Source: Tricharina praecox
Lineage: Eukaryota
DNA: 64,000 nucleotides
Direction: 5' to 3'
Assembly (NCBI RefSeq): GCF_024521635.1
Contig: NW_026250407.1
Coordinates: forward strand, 1,178,001-1,242,000
Shown piece by piece: positions 23,536-36,519 of the stretch. The position numbers were made by a program, and so were the translations under genes. A model generated the notes under the pieces. The model made no database searches and had not been told where the DNA came from. It saw nothing but the letters and a program-made list of their open reading frames with translations. Position 1 is the stretch's first letter. Each line of letters starts with the position of its first letter.

Positions 23536-26500
23536 CTTGATGTGTTCGAGGTTCGTCGGCTCGTTCGGTCGAGCTGCGGGGTTGTGTGGGGTTTCGGCCG
23601 TAGGAGGTGTCAGACCTTGGTCCGTATCCCGTCAAAACGGCAAGCCTCGTGTTGCTACCGGTTGATGATGGTGGTGTATATTGTGGTCTCGTGATCGTCT
23701 CGATGTGTTGCTCGATATCTCGTAGTATTGCTCCCTTCTTTCGTCAGTTATGTGTTCTTGCAGTGTTCCGGGGAAAGAATGGGAGCAAACCCAATCCGAC
23801 CGAAGCGAAATCTTATGCTCAAGCTTTCGTTGTGCTCTGATGGATTGCGAGAGAGACTTTAAAGCCGGCGCACACCTTCTTCTATGACGCGGTCGGAGGG
23901 CGACTTTCAATTGTCTGGCCGGGAGGAAGAGAATTGGATCGTGTTGAGTGAGGCGATGGACCGAACGTCTGCTCCTTCCAATTAGCTGCTGCTGCTGCAT
24001 GGTGGTTGGTTGTGGTTGTATATAGAAAGGAAGAAAAGGCTCGCATGCATGGGAAGCAGCCGTGCATATAACCTGGCGCAGGCTCGGATTTTGGTATGTA
24101 GGAGATATGCACCTGCACGTTCGAAGATATGTCGACACCCGCGCGCCGCCGCGATGCTGTGTAGCTTCTTTGCACTCTATTCTCCACGCTGTGTGTAGGG
24201 TGTCGATATATGAGTATGTGCTTTGTTGTAGGGGTCTCTGCGATAGGTAATTCGACTGGGTGTGGAGCTGTAGCTTGCGTCAACAATTTGAGGTAGTGAA
24301 GTGGGACCAAAATGATGTCGCGATGGTGGATGGCCCAACCCCTTCTTTCCTTCCTTCCTTGCTCCTAGACTCACGACTAATTAGTGAAGTGAAAACTAAG
24401 GCAGTTGAGAGAGAAATTTCCAACCAGGTGCATGAGTAGAGTTTGAATGAAGACATCATCGCAGATGTTCTTGGCTGAACTTCTGAGACCATCGAGTGAG
24501 AATTTATGACGCAATAGTCTGTTTTTTAAGGTTGAGATGAATGGTCATGGGTGCTGAGTAGTACAGTGTCGAGAGTGAAGTCAGTAAGAAAAGAGGGATC
24601 TCGAAACGATGAATGTTTTTGTACCTCTGGGGAACCCTTCAACGAAAGCCACCGTAATCTTCCTTCATTAAACACACCCCGGAACACCTCCTTGAATAGT
24701 TAGTATTATGCACTAGGTAGTACTTCCCTTGAAGAATCTCGGACACCCGCTATGGAGATAACTCGTGAATTGTCACCTGCAGAAGACTATGGTCTTCCAA
24801 GGATGGTGATATGCACTCGGAGCTGGAAACCGACGCCGTCTGCACAGCGGCCTCGTACAGTACGTATGTGCGTGAATGAAGCGAGAACTGCAGAAAGACG
24901 CAGTCTTAGACACGACCAAATGTGAACAACCCGCGCAGCGGTAAACTTTCGTTGCGAACTTCCGCTGCGAACTTTATCGTTTCCAAGCTCCCAGTTCTTC
25001 TTCGCATTGCATATCGATGCTGACTGTTGAGACTCCTGCACTTGGACCGATGCGATGAGTCTAGTGATGGATTGGTAAGAACTACAAGAGAGTCCGCTCC
25101 TTCGCTACTCGTCTCCTCCCACAATCCCAAGCAGATCCTCAACGGTCGACTTCCCATCTGGGCAATCCCCTCCGCAATGCTGGCTGTAACCCCTCACAAT
25201 GCTGACTGTCCGGTTATGTAGGTTGCAGCGACCGTACTCGGGGATGTACCGTATACACTTGTTCACGGCGGTATCACTCGAAACCCATGCGCTCGACACC
25301 ACGCTGTCACTCAGGCCGCACGTGCAGGCGGCGTTAGGTATCGCCCACAAGCTTTTTCACGTGCATGGGATCACTATCACGATCACAACAATCCCTCTCC
25401 GGCCCCCACGACACTTCGTCACATACTCACGTCTTCTGCCGTCTGCATGCGCGATGCCGCCTCCCTTGCCCTTGCCCCGCACTTCCGTTCCATTCGAGAC
25501 GATAAGCGTCCGCCGTTTTCTGGCATACCGCACCGGCAAGCCTTATGTGGCAGCTGTCAGTGGATATACCCATGCAGCCGACTGCGAATCTGTGATGCGA
25601 TGCGACACTTCTCTCCGGCACGATCACGGGTCAACACTCGCGGGAAGCTACATACATACATGGCCGGCCCGAACTCCATGTTAGCTAGGGAGATATATGA
25701 AGGTGTGCCGCAATATAGGTAGTAGGTAAGTACTCTATCTACCTATGTACAGCTGTGGTCGAACTGAGAGAATCTTCTGGTCCCATACCATAACTATTTT
25801 CCTATGACCTGGATGGATGGATGGTTCTGGAAGTTGTGCGTACACACATATGAAGGTCCTGTACCGGAAAACTTACCCCGCACGGCCCAGGCCATGTTCC
25901 GGGGCGGAAGTCATTCAATCCTGCCGAGAGTTAGCAAAAGGGCGGCGGATACAAGTTCCTGCTTGCTGGTTACCGGTACATAAGTTCAGCTGTGGATGGA
26001 GGTACTAAGGAAGCCGAGGAATCCGAAGCACGGAACTACCTACTGCGATGGAAGGCGAAGGAAGTCACAGACACAACGAAACCTGCGGACGATAGTTAAG
26101 GAAGGAACGGATGATGTCAGTTGCGGATTCCCGCGTCGTGGTATCTACCTGCATAACTACATCATAGATAATCTCAATTCCAAACGCGAGAACTCACCTA
26201 TCGACCGAACGGAAATACAAGCACATTTCCTCTACGGTGCATGCACATGCCGTTAGGTTTGTGGAGAAGGAAGGAAGGAAGGGGTGAAGGCAAATGTCAA
26301 AGTCAAGGTCAAACGTGCTGCACAAGCAAGGGAACGTCGTCGGTCCCTGATCATCAGTTCCTAGTTCCAAGTTCCTGCGTCCCGGTAACTGGTATGTATG
26401 ATGAGTATCATACTACTCAATTCAAAACGGGTGATCCGGAATTACTGGGGACTGAGCGATCATCGAACGATGGTAGATGAAGCGGGCTAGCCTGCTCCGC

Positions 26501-26928
26501 CCCCTCCCCTCCCTTCCCTCCGCCCATCATTGCAAGTTGTAACCTGAAAGCTGATATGTATCGGTGGCGCCGCACAGACCGTGAGCCATAGCCCAAGCCC
26601 AAACCCGAGCCCGAAACCAAGGAGCCGGCCCCTCGGGCATGTCAGACTGACGGACTCAAACGTTGTGGCAACGAAAGTCTCCTTTTTTGCACGCCACTAC
26701 TGCCCACTGCCTGCTTTCCGTACCTATGATTATAACTAACGTTGAGACAATAAAAATAAAAAGGAAAAAGGGAAAAGGAAAAGGAAAAGGAACATGACTT
26801 GTTTGGTAAGTGAAGGGGAAATTGTGATCGGCCCGCACTCATACCCGCACGCTGTGGATCCACTCGAAACATGGCAGATAGAATGGGATGGGATGGGATG
26901 ATCCGTGCGTCCGTCCGTGTAGAGTACG

Positions 26929-26930
<2 letters not shown>

Positions 26931-27000
<70 letters not shown>
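26931..27000. repeat. (TG)n dinucleotide microsatellite
   Basis: Perfect run of about 35 TG units. Confidence 0.98.
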
Positions 27001-27002
<2 letters not shown>

Positions 27003-30000
27003 CGCGGGATGTTAACAGGTTAGTTATCGGAGGGCGATGTTGATTCGATGTTTGGTGTGAGGATTCTGGGGGTTTGGTTGGCCGGTGGGCTTCGGGCGAG
27101 CTTGGAGTCTAGCTAGCGCCTTTGGTCTTGTTTCAACAGACGGACCGCTACACAAGTTGTCAACAACGTCGCCGGTGGGTGTCTTGGGTTCGAGCCCGCC
27201 GGCTGTGGAGGAAAACTCTGGCCCGCCCTGGCGCCCGCCATCACATACCGGTACACTTCGCAAGGACAGCCCGGCCGAAAGTGCCAGCTCGGCCGAAAGT
27301 GCCAGCCCGGCCGACCACCGATTACGGGCCGACTGGGCAGCCGGTCTTCTCGGTAGAAAACCCGAACACGCACCGCGGCGGCGTCCCACATGCCTCGCGC
27401 CGCGAAGACCACACGGCACGCGCCACTCGGCACTCTGCGCCAAGCCGCTCTCGCATTGACCTGAGGACTCAGCCCCAGTGCCCCACTCACTCACTATCTA
27501 TGGATCGATAGATACGCGAGCTGCAGGCTACGTAGGCAGGAATGTATATGTAAATATGAGTAAACCCGCCTCTCCAGAGTCCAGAGGGGGGGGGGGGGGG
27601 GTTCATCTTCATTTCCATCTCCATGCTCGTCCGTCGTCGTCGTCGCCGCACTCCTTCCGCTGGACTACTAGGTAGGTAAGTACGGTACTTCCTCATGCTC
27701 GCTGTCTGCCTCCGAGCGAGCAAGTCAACCAGTCCACAGTCCACCAGTTCGCAGGCGGAGGATCCGCTTCTTTTTGCCGTTCGGATGAGTGTGGCTTAGG
27801 CATCACCAAAGCCATCTATAGAGTAGCTGGAGAAGCCTGAAGGAATGTTGAGGAGCGGGCCAACGAGGTTACGAGGATTCGAGGAAGGCGGTGCGCCACT
27901 GCACTGCGCCTTATATGTACCTACTCTGGTATGTAGCTGGAGCCTGGGAGCCTGGGAGGCGACTCGGTTCGTGGCCCGGTTCATCGGTCATCACTGGAAC
28001 GGTGGGCACCTGCGAATGGGGGGGGGGATAGGTTCAAATACGTCTGGATTCTGGGTGTCGGCCATACTCTACTCTACTGTAGCGATGCCCGTTCCGAATC
28101 TGTCTTATCGGATCACTCGCTGTACTGTGCAGCCGATCTGGGAGCCGTATTGTCGGGCTTACATCCGGCTTGTAAGTTGTTTCCATGACCCCGGCGTTGC
28201 TGACTGTACTCCACCTACGGTGCTCCAGTCTCCCATGTCCTGTGGGAGAAGGTTCGAACTTCGTGTAAAGTACTCTATTATCCTTTCTATGTTCCGCTAC
28301 ACACGGATGTTTACGCGGCTGAATTCGATTCGATTCGATTCGGTGTTTATGATGGATTCGTACGTAGCATCTGGTGATGCTTCGAACAGCCTACAGGTCT
28401 GAGGTCGTCGTCTTGACTCTTGACGGATTTGCAATATGAGCCTTGAGCCTTGAAGGTGCGTAGAGTGGACGAGATCACGAACAGTTCAACCGTATATATT
28501 TACTCTCCTCTCCCAAGACCAAAATCTGAGGTACTATACTTTGATAGAGTGACTATATGAGCCGCCGTTGCGAACTTGCGCTAGGTATCTACACCACCAA
28601 GGTAGGTAGGTAGGGGGGCGCAGCACGCAGCACGCAGCATGTCAAATCTCAAATCTCCCTCCCCCCTCCCCCATTCGGGTATTTCCCCATCTCCCATCTC
28701 CCAGCTTTCCAGCTTCCAAGAAGAAGAAGATGACTATTTTCCGACCCCCCCACCACCAAGCACCATCCATCTACCATCCATCCAGAGCCCACCGTAGAGT
28801 ACGGTAGGTAGAGTAGAGTAGAGTAGAGTATTTGCCGTGAAACGCTCGGGTCGTGTCCACCACCAGTGTCGACCACCACCACCCTCTTCGGCAATTCGTG
28901 CCACAGCACTTACTTCTTCCTTGGTATCTACTCCTCTACATACCGTATCTAGATGTGCTACCCAAGTGGGTGAAGCCTTTGTTTACTTGTTTGTTTTGTT
29001 TTGTTTCTGTTTTTACTTTTTGTTCTTTTGTTTACAACACGTCTGAAAGAGAGAGAGAGACTGAGAGAGCTCGGGAAGGTGACGCGTGTGCACACTCGAA
29101 ACTCCTGCCTGCCTGCTTGAATGCTTGCTTGCCCAGTGCTTGCCGGCCTGCCTGCAGTGATCGGCCGTTACGATGTGTGGATGTGTGGAGTACTTACCCT
29201 ATGTATCGATGTAGGTAGCATTCTCAGCGTTAACCCCCGTCCCTCCCGCGGTCGGCGGGCGCGGTGGCAAGTTATCTAGAATACATGGTGTAGATACATG
29301 GTGTAGATACATGGTGTACTCTAGATACATGGAGTGGAGTACCTAGAGGCTAGAGAAGAGTAGAAGAGAAGTGGACCAGCCTCCCTCCGCGCCCGGAGCT
29401 GAGCTGTGCTGAGCTGAGCTGAGATGGAGCATTGGAGCATTGGAGGATGATCAACCACCGGTCTGGTCCCGAGTATGTAACTGGTATTTATGCCTAGCGT
29501 TTGTTGGATTCTCTAGAGGACTATCACAGCCAGCCAGCCATCAGTGCATCCAGTGCATCGCTCACTCGAGCACGAGTGCTATCTATTGGCAGAGCAAGTA
29601 TCTACCGTATGCGCTGCGCGAAGGTCCAACGTCGGCTGCATCGATGCATCCACCATCCACCCCTCCATCCACCCGTCCATCCATCGGAAGCAAGCAAGCG
29701 GTGTGCTGTGGGTGGTGGTGGGCATGGAGAGTCGGCGAGCAACCAACCGAGGAGCACTGATTCGTTTGAACTTTGGGCTGCTGCCGGAGATGCTTGCTGG
29801 GGGAATGGGCTTGGCATGTTGGCGACCTACGCAGCTACGCTTAACTTTATGTATGCGCATGCTATGTAGAGCATGTGTGTATGTGTGCTGACCGTGGGCT
29901 GACTCGTCATATTCATGCAGCAGCAGAGCGGTTTGTATGTATGTGGGGATGTAGGTATGTGTGTAGTCCTCAGGGTGTTTGGAGGCTGGTGGGTGTAGTA

Positions 30001-33000
30001 TAAGAGGGGGGAAGAGTAGGAGGAATAGGAGGAGGGTGAGGAGGATGAATAGGAGGAGGAGGGTGTATTGAGTCAGCGAGGGATTAGTAAGAATTTGGCT
30101 GATGAGTGCTTTGGAATCCTAAGGAAGAGGCGGCTCGCAGGCTCGAAGGATTTCATGCGCATGAAGAATTATAATAGAGTGCTATGTATGTGCCGCCCTG
30201 AAGGTTCGCAAGGTTCGCAGAAGGTGCGCGGGAACGATTCGGGCATGTTTTCCGCCCTCCAGGCCCGCCACCGCGCAGAGAGAGGCCTGGCCCCGCAAGC
30301 AAGCTCTCTTCGGCCATGGGACCACCTTGCCATGGTATTTCGATATCGCCACCCACCAGCCCACTCACACACCCGTTGAGCTCCCTCCGAGCTCTCCAGC
30401 TTGAGCTTTCGGAGCTTCCTTCGACTGCATGCCAGACACGTGCGTGAGATCGGATTATCTGGTGTCGTAAGTCTTCATGGAGGACCCTTTCTTTCTTTCC
30501 CCCTCACCATCGAATTCAAGTTCTGGTTGAGCTCCATGGATAACCCTTCCAAACGTTTGGAATCCGCCGCGCCAATCCCAGTCGCGGGTCACAAACGTTT
30601 TACAGACCGCGCGCACCCACCCCTCCCTCCCTCCCTCCCTCCGCAATCCTCAGCGCTTCAGCAGGACTTCAGACTTCCTCTGCGGGCGTGTATGCGGCCA
30701 GTCATAGAATACCGCACGGCATATCGGCCAATCATAGGATCCCGTACAGCAGCGTATCGACTCCTCTTTTTTCTTTTCTTTTTCCTTCATCTTCTTCGGG
30801 TTCTTAGGTAGAGTACATAACCATGTGCTTTCCTACTTACCTCCCCAGGTGATCAAGGTCTGAGGGGAGAGTGGGTTGCGACCCTTTTTTTTTCTGTCGG
30901 GAAGTGCTAACTAGCTCGAGTAGGGGGAAACAGGCTAGGACCGAAGTTGCAGTTGTCTCCTTTTGGTCTTTTAGCGGTTGGTTCCGAGTCGCTTTCACCG
31001 ACGCGATGCATGCGACTGTCTGTGGGCTTGCATCTCAACGTTAGATAACTCCTTAGAGTTGGTGGTGGTTGTGGAGGAGAGGACTCGTGAGGCACTGGGG
31101 CATGCAGAGTTATGTACGGAATGGACTCTGCGAGTCCCCCCCATCGCGACTCGCGAGCAAGCCGCAACATCCGATGATGATGAGCAGCATCGCAGCTTGT
31201 TGCTCCACCTGCTCTGCTGTGCTGTGCCTCTTGGGTATTCTTCTGCGCCTTCTTCCTCTCCTTCCGTGCTTCTTCTTCGTGTGTTGTGATTGAAGGACCA
31301 GTGCGCCGGCCGGCATTAACTAATTGGCTGGCTAGGGGGGGGGATGATGGAGACAATCTAACACGGCCCGAAAAAGGAAACCTGGGCGAACCACGTGAAG
31401 GGATGGAGGCGCCACAGCGAGCATCAGATACTCTAGAGTACTTCGCCGGCCGATGAGTGGAGGAAGTGAAGGAGAGGATATACTCTAGTAGAGTACCTAG
31501 GCGATGGAGATAGAGGGGCCAACTATGCAGAATATAGTAGAGTGGAGTAGATATCTCGAGGCCGCACATTCGACTGGAGGGATGAGGTCTTGGGACCATC
31601 TCTCTCCCCACCCACCCGCCAGGCCCCTCGCCCCTCCCTCTCCCCTCGCCCCTCCTTCGTCCCCCCCTCCCCCACCCACCCACCTACCGCTGACCTCACA
31701 GTGCGGCCATCTCGCTCTGCAAGTCTGCAAGCCAGCGGTGTAGGTGTCTGTCCGCAGATTTGTCGCTCTGCACGCTACCGGGCAGTACGGTAGCACTTGG
31801 ATCTGTCCGCAGACTTGTCGCTCTGTAGTTGGCACTTGTATGTAGACATCTGTCCGCAGACTTCACCTTTGAAGTTGCTCGAGCCTCTCGATTCGGCCTC
31901 CCCCTCCTCCTCTCTCCTCCTCTCCTCTCATATCCTCTCCGCTCATCTTCTCCCCTCTCCTCTCCAATCCTTTCCCTCATCGTGCCCGCCGCCCTTCGGT
32001 GCTGCCTTTCCCATACTTCGAGCCAATGATGAAGAACACTCGACAGAAGCCGGCTGGCTGGACATGGAGGTACATACCATACTTACCGGACTTGTGGAGG
32101 TTTGGTACTTTGAAAAAGCAAAAGGCAGGCATCCTGTCGCTTTCCTGACAGGGGTAGCACAAGTCCAGTCCATGTCGACGGTCAGTTCGCTCGTTCGCTC
32201 GTTCACTGGTTCGGTCGCTCGCTCGCTCGCTCGCCAACCACCTGAGCCCGCTCCGCTCCGCTCCCTTGCCGGCTCGTGTCCCTCGAGTGGGCTCTCCTCC
32301 TTGGCCTATGATGAGTGGGGTGTGACTTGTGGCTCTGTTCGAGACAAAAAAAAGTCCTTGCCGCCGCCGCCCGCCCTGCTGCACTGCCCAACTGTGATGC
32401 CGTGATGCTGCTGTGATGAATGCTACCCAACAGCTTGGCCACTGCTCCATCACCGTACCCAGAAGTGTGCCCGACGAATTCTTCGGCTTCTGCTTCTTCT
32501 TCTCCTTGGAGCCGATACAGCCACCACAGCGGGCGGCGATCGACACCAACATCCAACGGGATCCTCGAAAACACTCTGCCCCCCCTCTCCCCTCCCCCCC
32601 CTCTTCCCCCATCCAGCCGTCTCTGCCCCTTCACTTCATCCCGCACTTGTAGAATAGTTACATATCATCTTCTCTGATATACTCACTTACACACACATAT
32701 CAGCCCCCTCTCATGCCCCCCGCCCCCCATTCAACGAGCCCACCAACCCGCTGCGTGAACCTCGAGCTGTGCGTGCAACCAACATCCTACCCTACCGACA
32801 TATTCCATTTCTACAGCTTCTTGGAGCCTTGTACTCCTCCACTCTCCATTCTCCTCTCCATCCTCCATCGCTCAACTCAACTCAACTCTGCTCAACTCAC
32901 CCCCAACTCACACACACCTCCACCAAAATCCCTTACCATAAACCACCCCCCACCCAACCAGAGATTCGGTTCCATTCAATCCCTGCCGCACGGACCTGAG

Positions 33001-33972
33001 ACACCCCTATAGGAGACCCGTTCCTCTTCATCAACTAATCCCAAGTAACAGCTTACTCTAACTCAACTTACTCAACTGCCTTATCCTGCGCAAGCAGCTG
33101 CAACTTGTTTTCTCGGCTTCCCGTCGCCTACTTACCCTCAGCCAGCCAGGAAACCCTTTCACTCATACTCGTCCCTTTTCTTGAACACTCACTCATCCCC
33201 CCCCTCCCCCAACAACAACACCTAAACCCACTCCTACCACCGCCATCACAACCGTCAGCTTCTCAACACCACCACCACCACTACCACCACCACATTCTCT
33301 CCCAAAACTGCCGCCAAAGCTGGACTCACCCGCATCTTCAATTCTACGGTCTCCACCACCTCACACCCAACAATCCACTACCAACTACTCTACTTCGCGC
33401 GGGTCCTTCGTAACGGACCTAGGGACACTGTAGTCCCCCCTCCCCCGAGCTCGAACGAACACAACACTGCATGCGATTCCCTCTTCGCTTTCGGCCGGAT
33501 CATCCTCCCACTGCTGGATTGGAAACACGGCGTTTGCTGATACTCTGAGGACGGGCGACATCGACAATAACCCATAATCGACCTAACCCTCATTTTGCGT
33601 CGTCGTTGAAATCCCGGATTTTTTCCTTTCCTTTTCCATTTCAATTTCCAGTTTTTTATTTTTTTTATTTTTTAATCACCGGAGTTTGTGCTTGGACGTT
33701 GCATTGTAGAGATCGTTCGGCGTTTGACGCGTTGGAAAGTCGCATTGATCACATTTAGAAGTTAATATTTCAAGGTTAGTTGCTCCTTGTGGGAAGAGAA
33801 AGAGAAAAAGCCAGTCCTCGCGCGACGTCGGGAGAGAGCGAGAGGGCCGGAAACCGACAGAGTTAGGCGGAGGTTCCGATCGAGAAGCAAAACCTAGAAA
33901 CTGACGATCTTTCTCCGGCGTACAGAATCTAGTTTTCCGAATCTCCTATTCTACCCTCGCAAGTTAGCTATA

Positions 33973-36519
33973 ATGCCCGAAATGGCGAACAGTTCCCTCG
34001 GTTACGCGTCCTCGTCAAATCTGCCGTTAACAGATCGCTTCGAGATAATCAAAGAAGTCGGCGATGGGAGTTTCGGGAGTGTCGTTTTGGCGAAGGTCCG
34101 GACAGCGGGGGCGAACGTAGCTCGGAGAGGTAGCGTGGTAGGTTTTTCTCGTTTCTCGTGACGAACGTCCGATCCAACCCGTCGGAAGGCTGCGATTTCA
34201 CGATCACGGGCACTTCGCTAATCTATGTGTTCGTCTGAAAAATTAGGTAGCGATCAAGACGATGAAGAAGAATTTCGAGTCGTTCGCGCCGTGTTTGGAA
34301 CTCCGCGAGGTGATATTCCTCAGGCAACTGCCGATACACGCACATCTGGTTCCGGCGTTGGATATCTTCCTCGACCCGCACACGAAAAAGCTACACATCG
34401 CGATGGAGTACATGGATGGCAATCTCTACCAGTTGATGAAGGCCCGGGAGGGAAAGCTTCTGGAAGGAAGCGTTGTCAAGAGCATACTGTGGGTCACCTT
34501 GATATCCGCAAGAGAAAAAACGAAGGGAGAAAAATGTCCGACAGCTTGTGCTGAACAGATCTTAGGTTTCAGATTCTCTCCGGCCTCGAGCACATCCACG
34601 CAAATGGTTTCTTCCATCGTGACATCAAGCCGGAAAACATCCTAGTATCGACATCGGCGACGAACCTTAACGATACCGGCTCGTTCCGGAAGTATTCGGC
34701 GATGGTCACGCCTCCGTCCACTCCTCCCGTGTACTCCGTCAAGATTGCAGATTTCGGTCTCGCGAGGGAAACGTCGTCCAAGATGCCCTACACTACCTAC
34801 GTTTCTACCCGGTGGTACAGGGCCCCTGAGGTCCTTCTCCGTGCTGGGGAGTACAGCGCGCCGGTCGACATCTGGGCGGTGGGCGCCATGGCCGTTGAGG
34901 TCGCAACACTGAAGCCGTTGTTCCCTGGAGGAAACGAGGTTGACCAGGTCTGGAGAGTATGCGAGGTGATGGGCTCTCCAGGACAGTGGGTTGGACGTAG
35001 CGGCAAGAAGATGGGTGGAGGCGAGTGGAGGGAGGGAACACGGTTAGCCGGACGGCTGGGTTTTAGCTTTCCAAGAGTGAGTTATACATCCGCGCATCGT
35101 TCCTAAAAAAAGATGATGGACAATCTAACGGGATCGTAGATGGCTCCTGTTCCCATGGAGTCGATCCTCGCGACTCCGACATGGCCCACATCGCTGGCCC
35201 ATTTCGTCACCTGGTGTCTTATGTGGGATCCCCGGAGCCGGCCAACATCGGTGCAGGCAATACAGCACGAATACTTCAAGGACGCCGTGGATCCGCTATT
35301 GCCCAGGACTTCGACGCCCTCGCGGATAGTCAAGAAGACTTCCGAACTCACGATGAAACCATCGCGTGACTCGATGACCGATAGTATTCCTACTCTCGAG
35401 AAGAAAGGTTCGTGGTTCCGCAAGTCGTTTATGGTTTCGCCTCCTCCCACGACGAATCCCGAGACGAGACCGAGACCGGAGAAGAGAAGCACGTGGCACG
35501 CGCCAAAAGTTTCGTCTGGCGATGGCCAGGTCAACAATGGGGCTCCGATGATGATCCTGCCGTCGATACGGCCAGTTTCGCCACTGAGCGATGCCGTGAG
35601 CGTACAGGCGGCTCGCGGCGAGAACGGAACATCCTCGAGCAAGGAGCGCCGAAGCAAGGAGGAAAAGGCGGTGAAGAAGATTGGAAGGCAGCTATCGGTG
35701 GCGTCCAAGAAGTCTCACGAGAACGATGGATACACCAACGGCGTGCAGCAGGCGGTGGACAAGCTGAACGGCAACGTTCCAGGGGGAGGTTCACTCACTT
35801 CGCCGGTCGGTCGGGGGGAAAGCTTTTTCAGCCACCTGCGCAAGCGTGCGCGACGACTATCGTCCCGAACGTCGGGTCTGCCTCCTTCGCCCGAAGACGA
35901 CGATCTGGAGACGGGTGTGGGCTGTGGAATGTGGGGCGCAAAGGATTCAGGGAGTAACCGGAGTAGCATGTTGGTCGACTCACCTGGGGATGTATCAGGA
36001 ATTGACAAAGCTATCAAGGAGGTTGACGCAGCGTTGGTCGATTCCAACGGTGTTTATCGATCGAACTCGGCGAATATGCGACGGAACCTCAGTTTTCCTC
36101 CCACTCCGAATGCCTCACGAGCTGGTGAGACTGTCGTCAATGGCGTTGCTCAGACACCCACTTTTCCCCGCACACGGCGGAGCGTTCGGAATACGAAGCA
36201 GCGATACGAGACTCCCGACGAGCAAGATGAAATCGCCGATGAGGTGCTTGCTGCCGCATCCTGTGGATACAGCAGTCGACAGACCTCCCAGACATACGAA
36301 GCACCAACTCACAAAAGTTCCAACAAGGATCTGGGACATGTGTCTGCTACGAACGGCTATCCTACACCGAGTACCCAGGCAGGTAACCAATACTACGCCA
36401 AAGGGATGGACATCAGTGGAAAGATGCGGAGAGATGATGAGATGATGGACCCCAAATGGCCGACTCCTCCAAGCGAGGGAGACGCCGGCTGGGGTCAGAG
36501 CATCTACTCGCGGCGGTAG
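33973..36519 (+). CDS. IME2: IME2/MAK-family Ser/Thr protein kinase; exons about 33973-34137, 34247-34488, 34566-35076, 35140-36519
   Basis: [32 protein letters not shown] activation loop in [14 protein letters not shown]; long C-terminal tail with [14 protein letters not shown] and WPTPP. Confidence 0.95.

Noticed and set aside
24378..24510. Minus-strand peptide SAKNICDDVFIQTLLMHLVG faintly resembling a dynamin GED segment
   Set aside because: Too short, with no supporting flanking homology or gene structure
26398..26456. Possible C/D snoRNA (ATGATGA...CTGA with partial 18S complementarity GGAATTAC)
   Set aside because: Short, complementarity only about 8-10 nt and not abutting the D box, no convincing C'/D' boxes
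27171..27203. tRNA-like GGTTCGAGCCC
   Set aside because: No acceptor, D or anticodon arms can be built; not called a tRNA
33581..33590. CTAACCCT telomerase-template-like motif
   Set aside because: Incomplete template and no other telomerase RNA elements recognised
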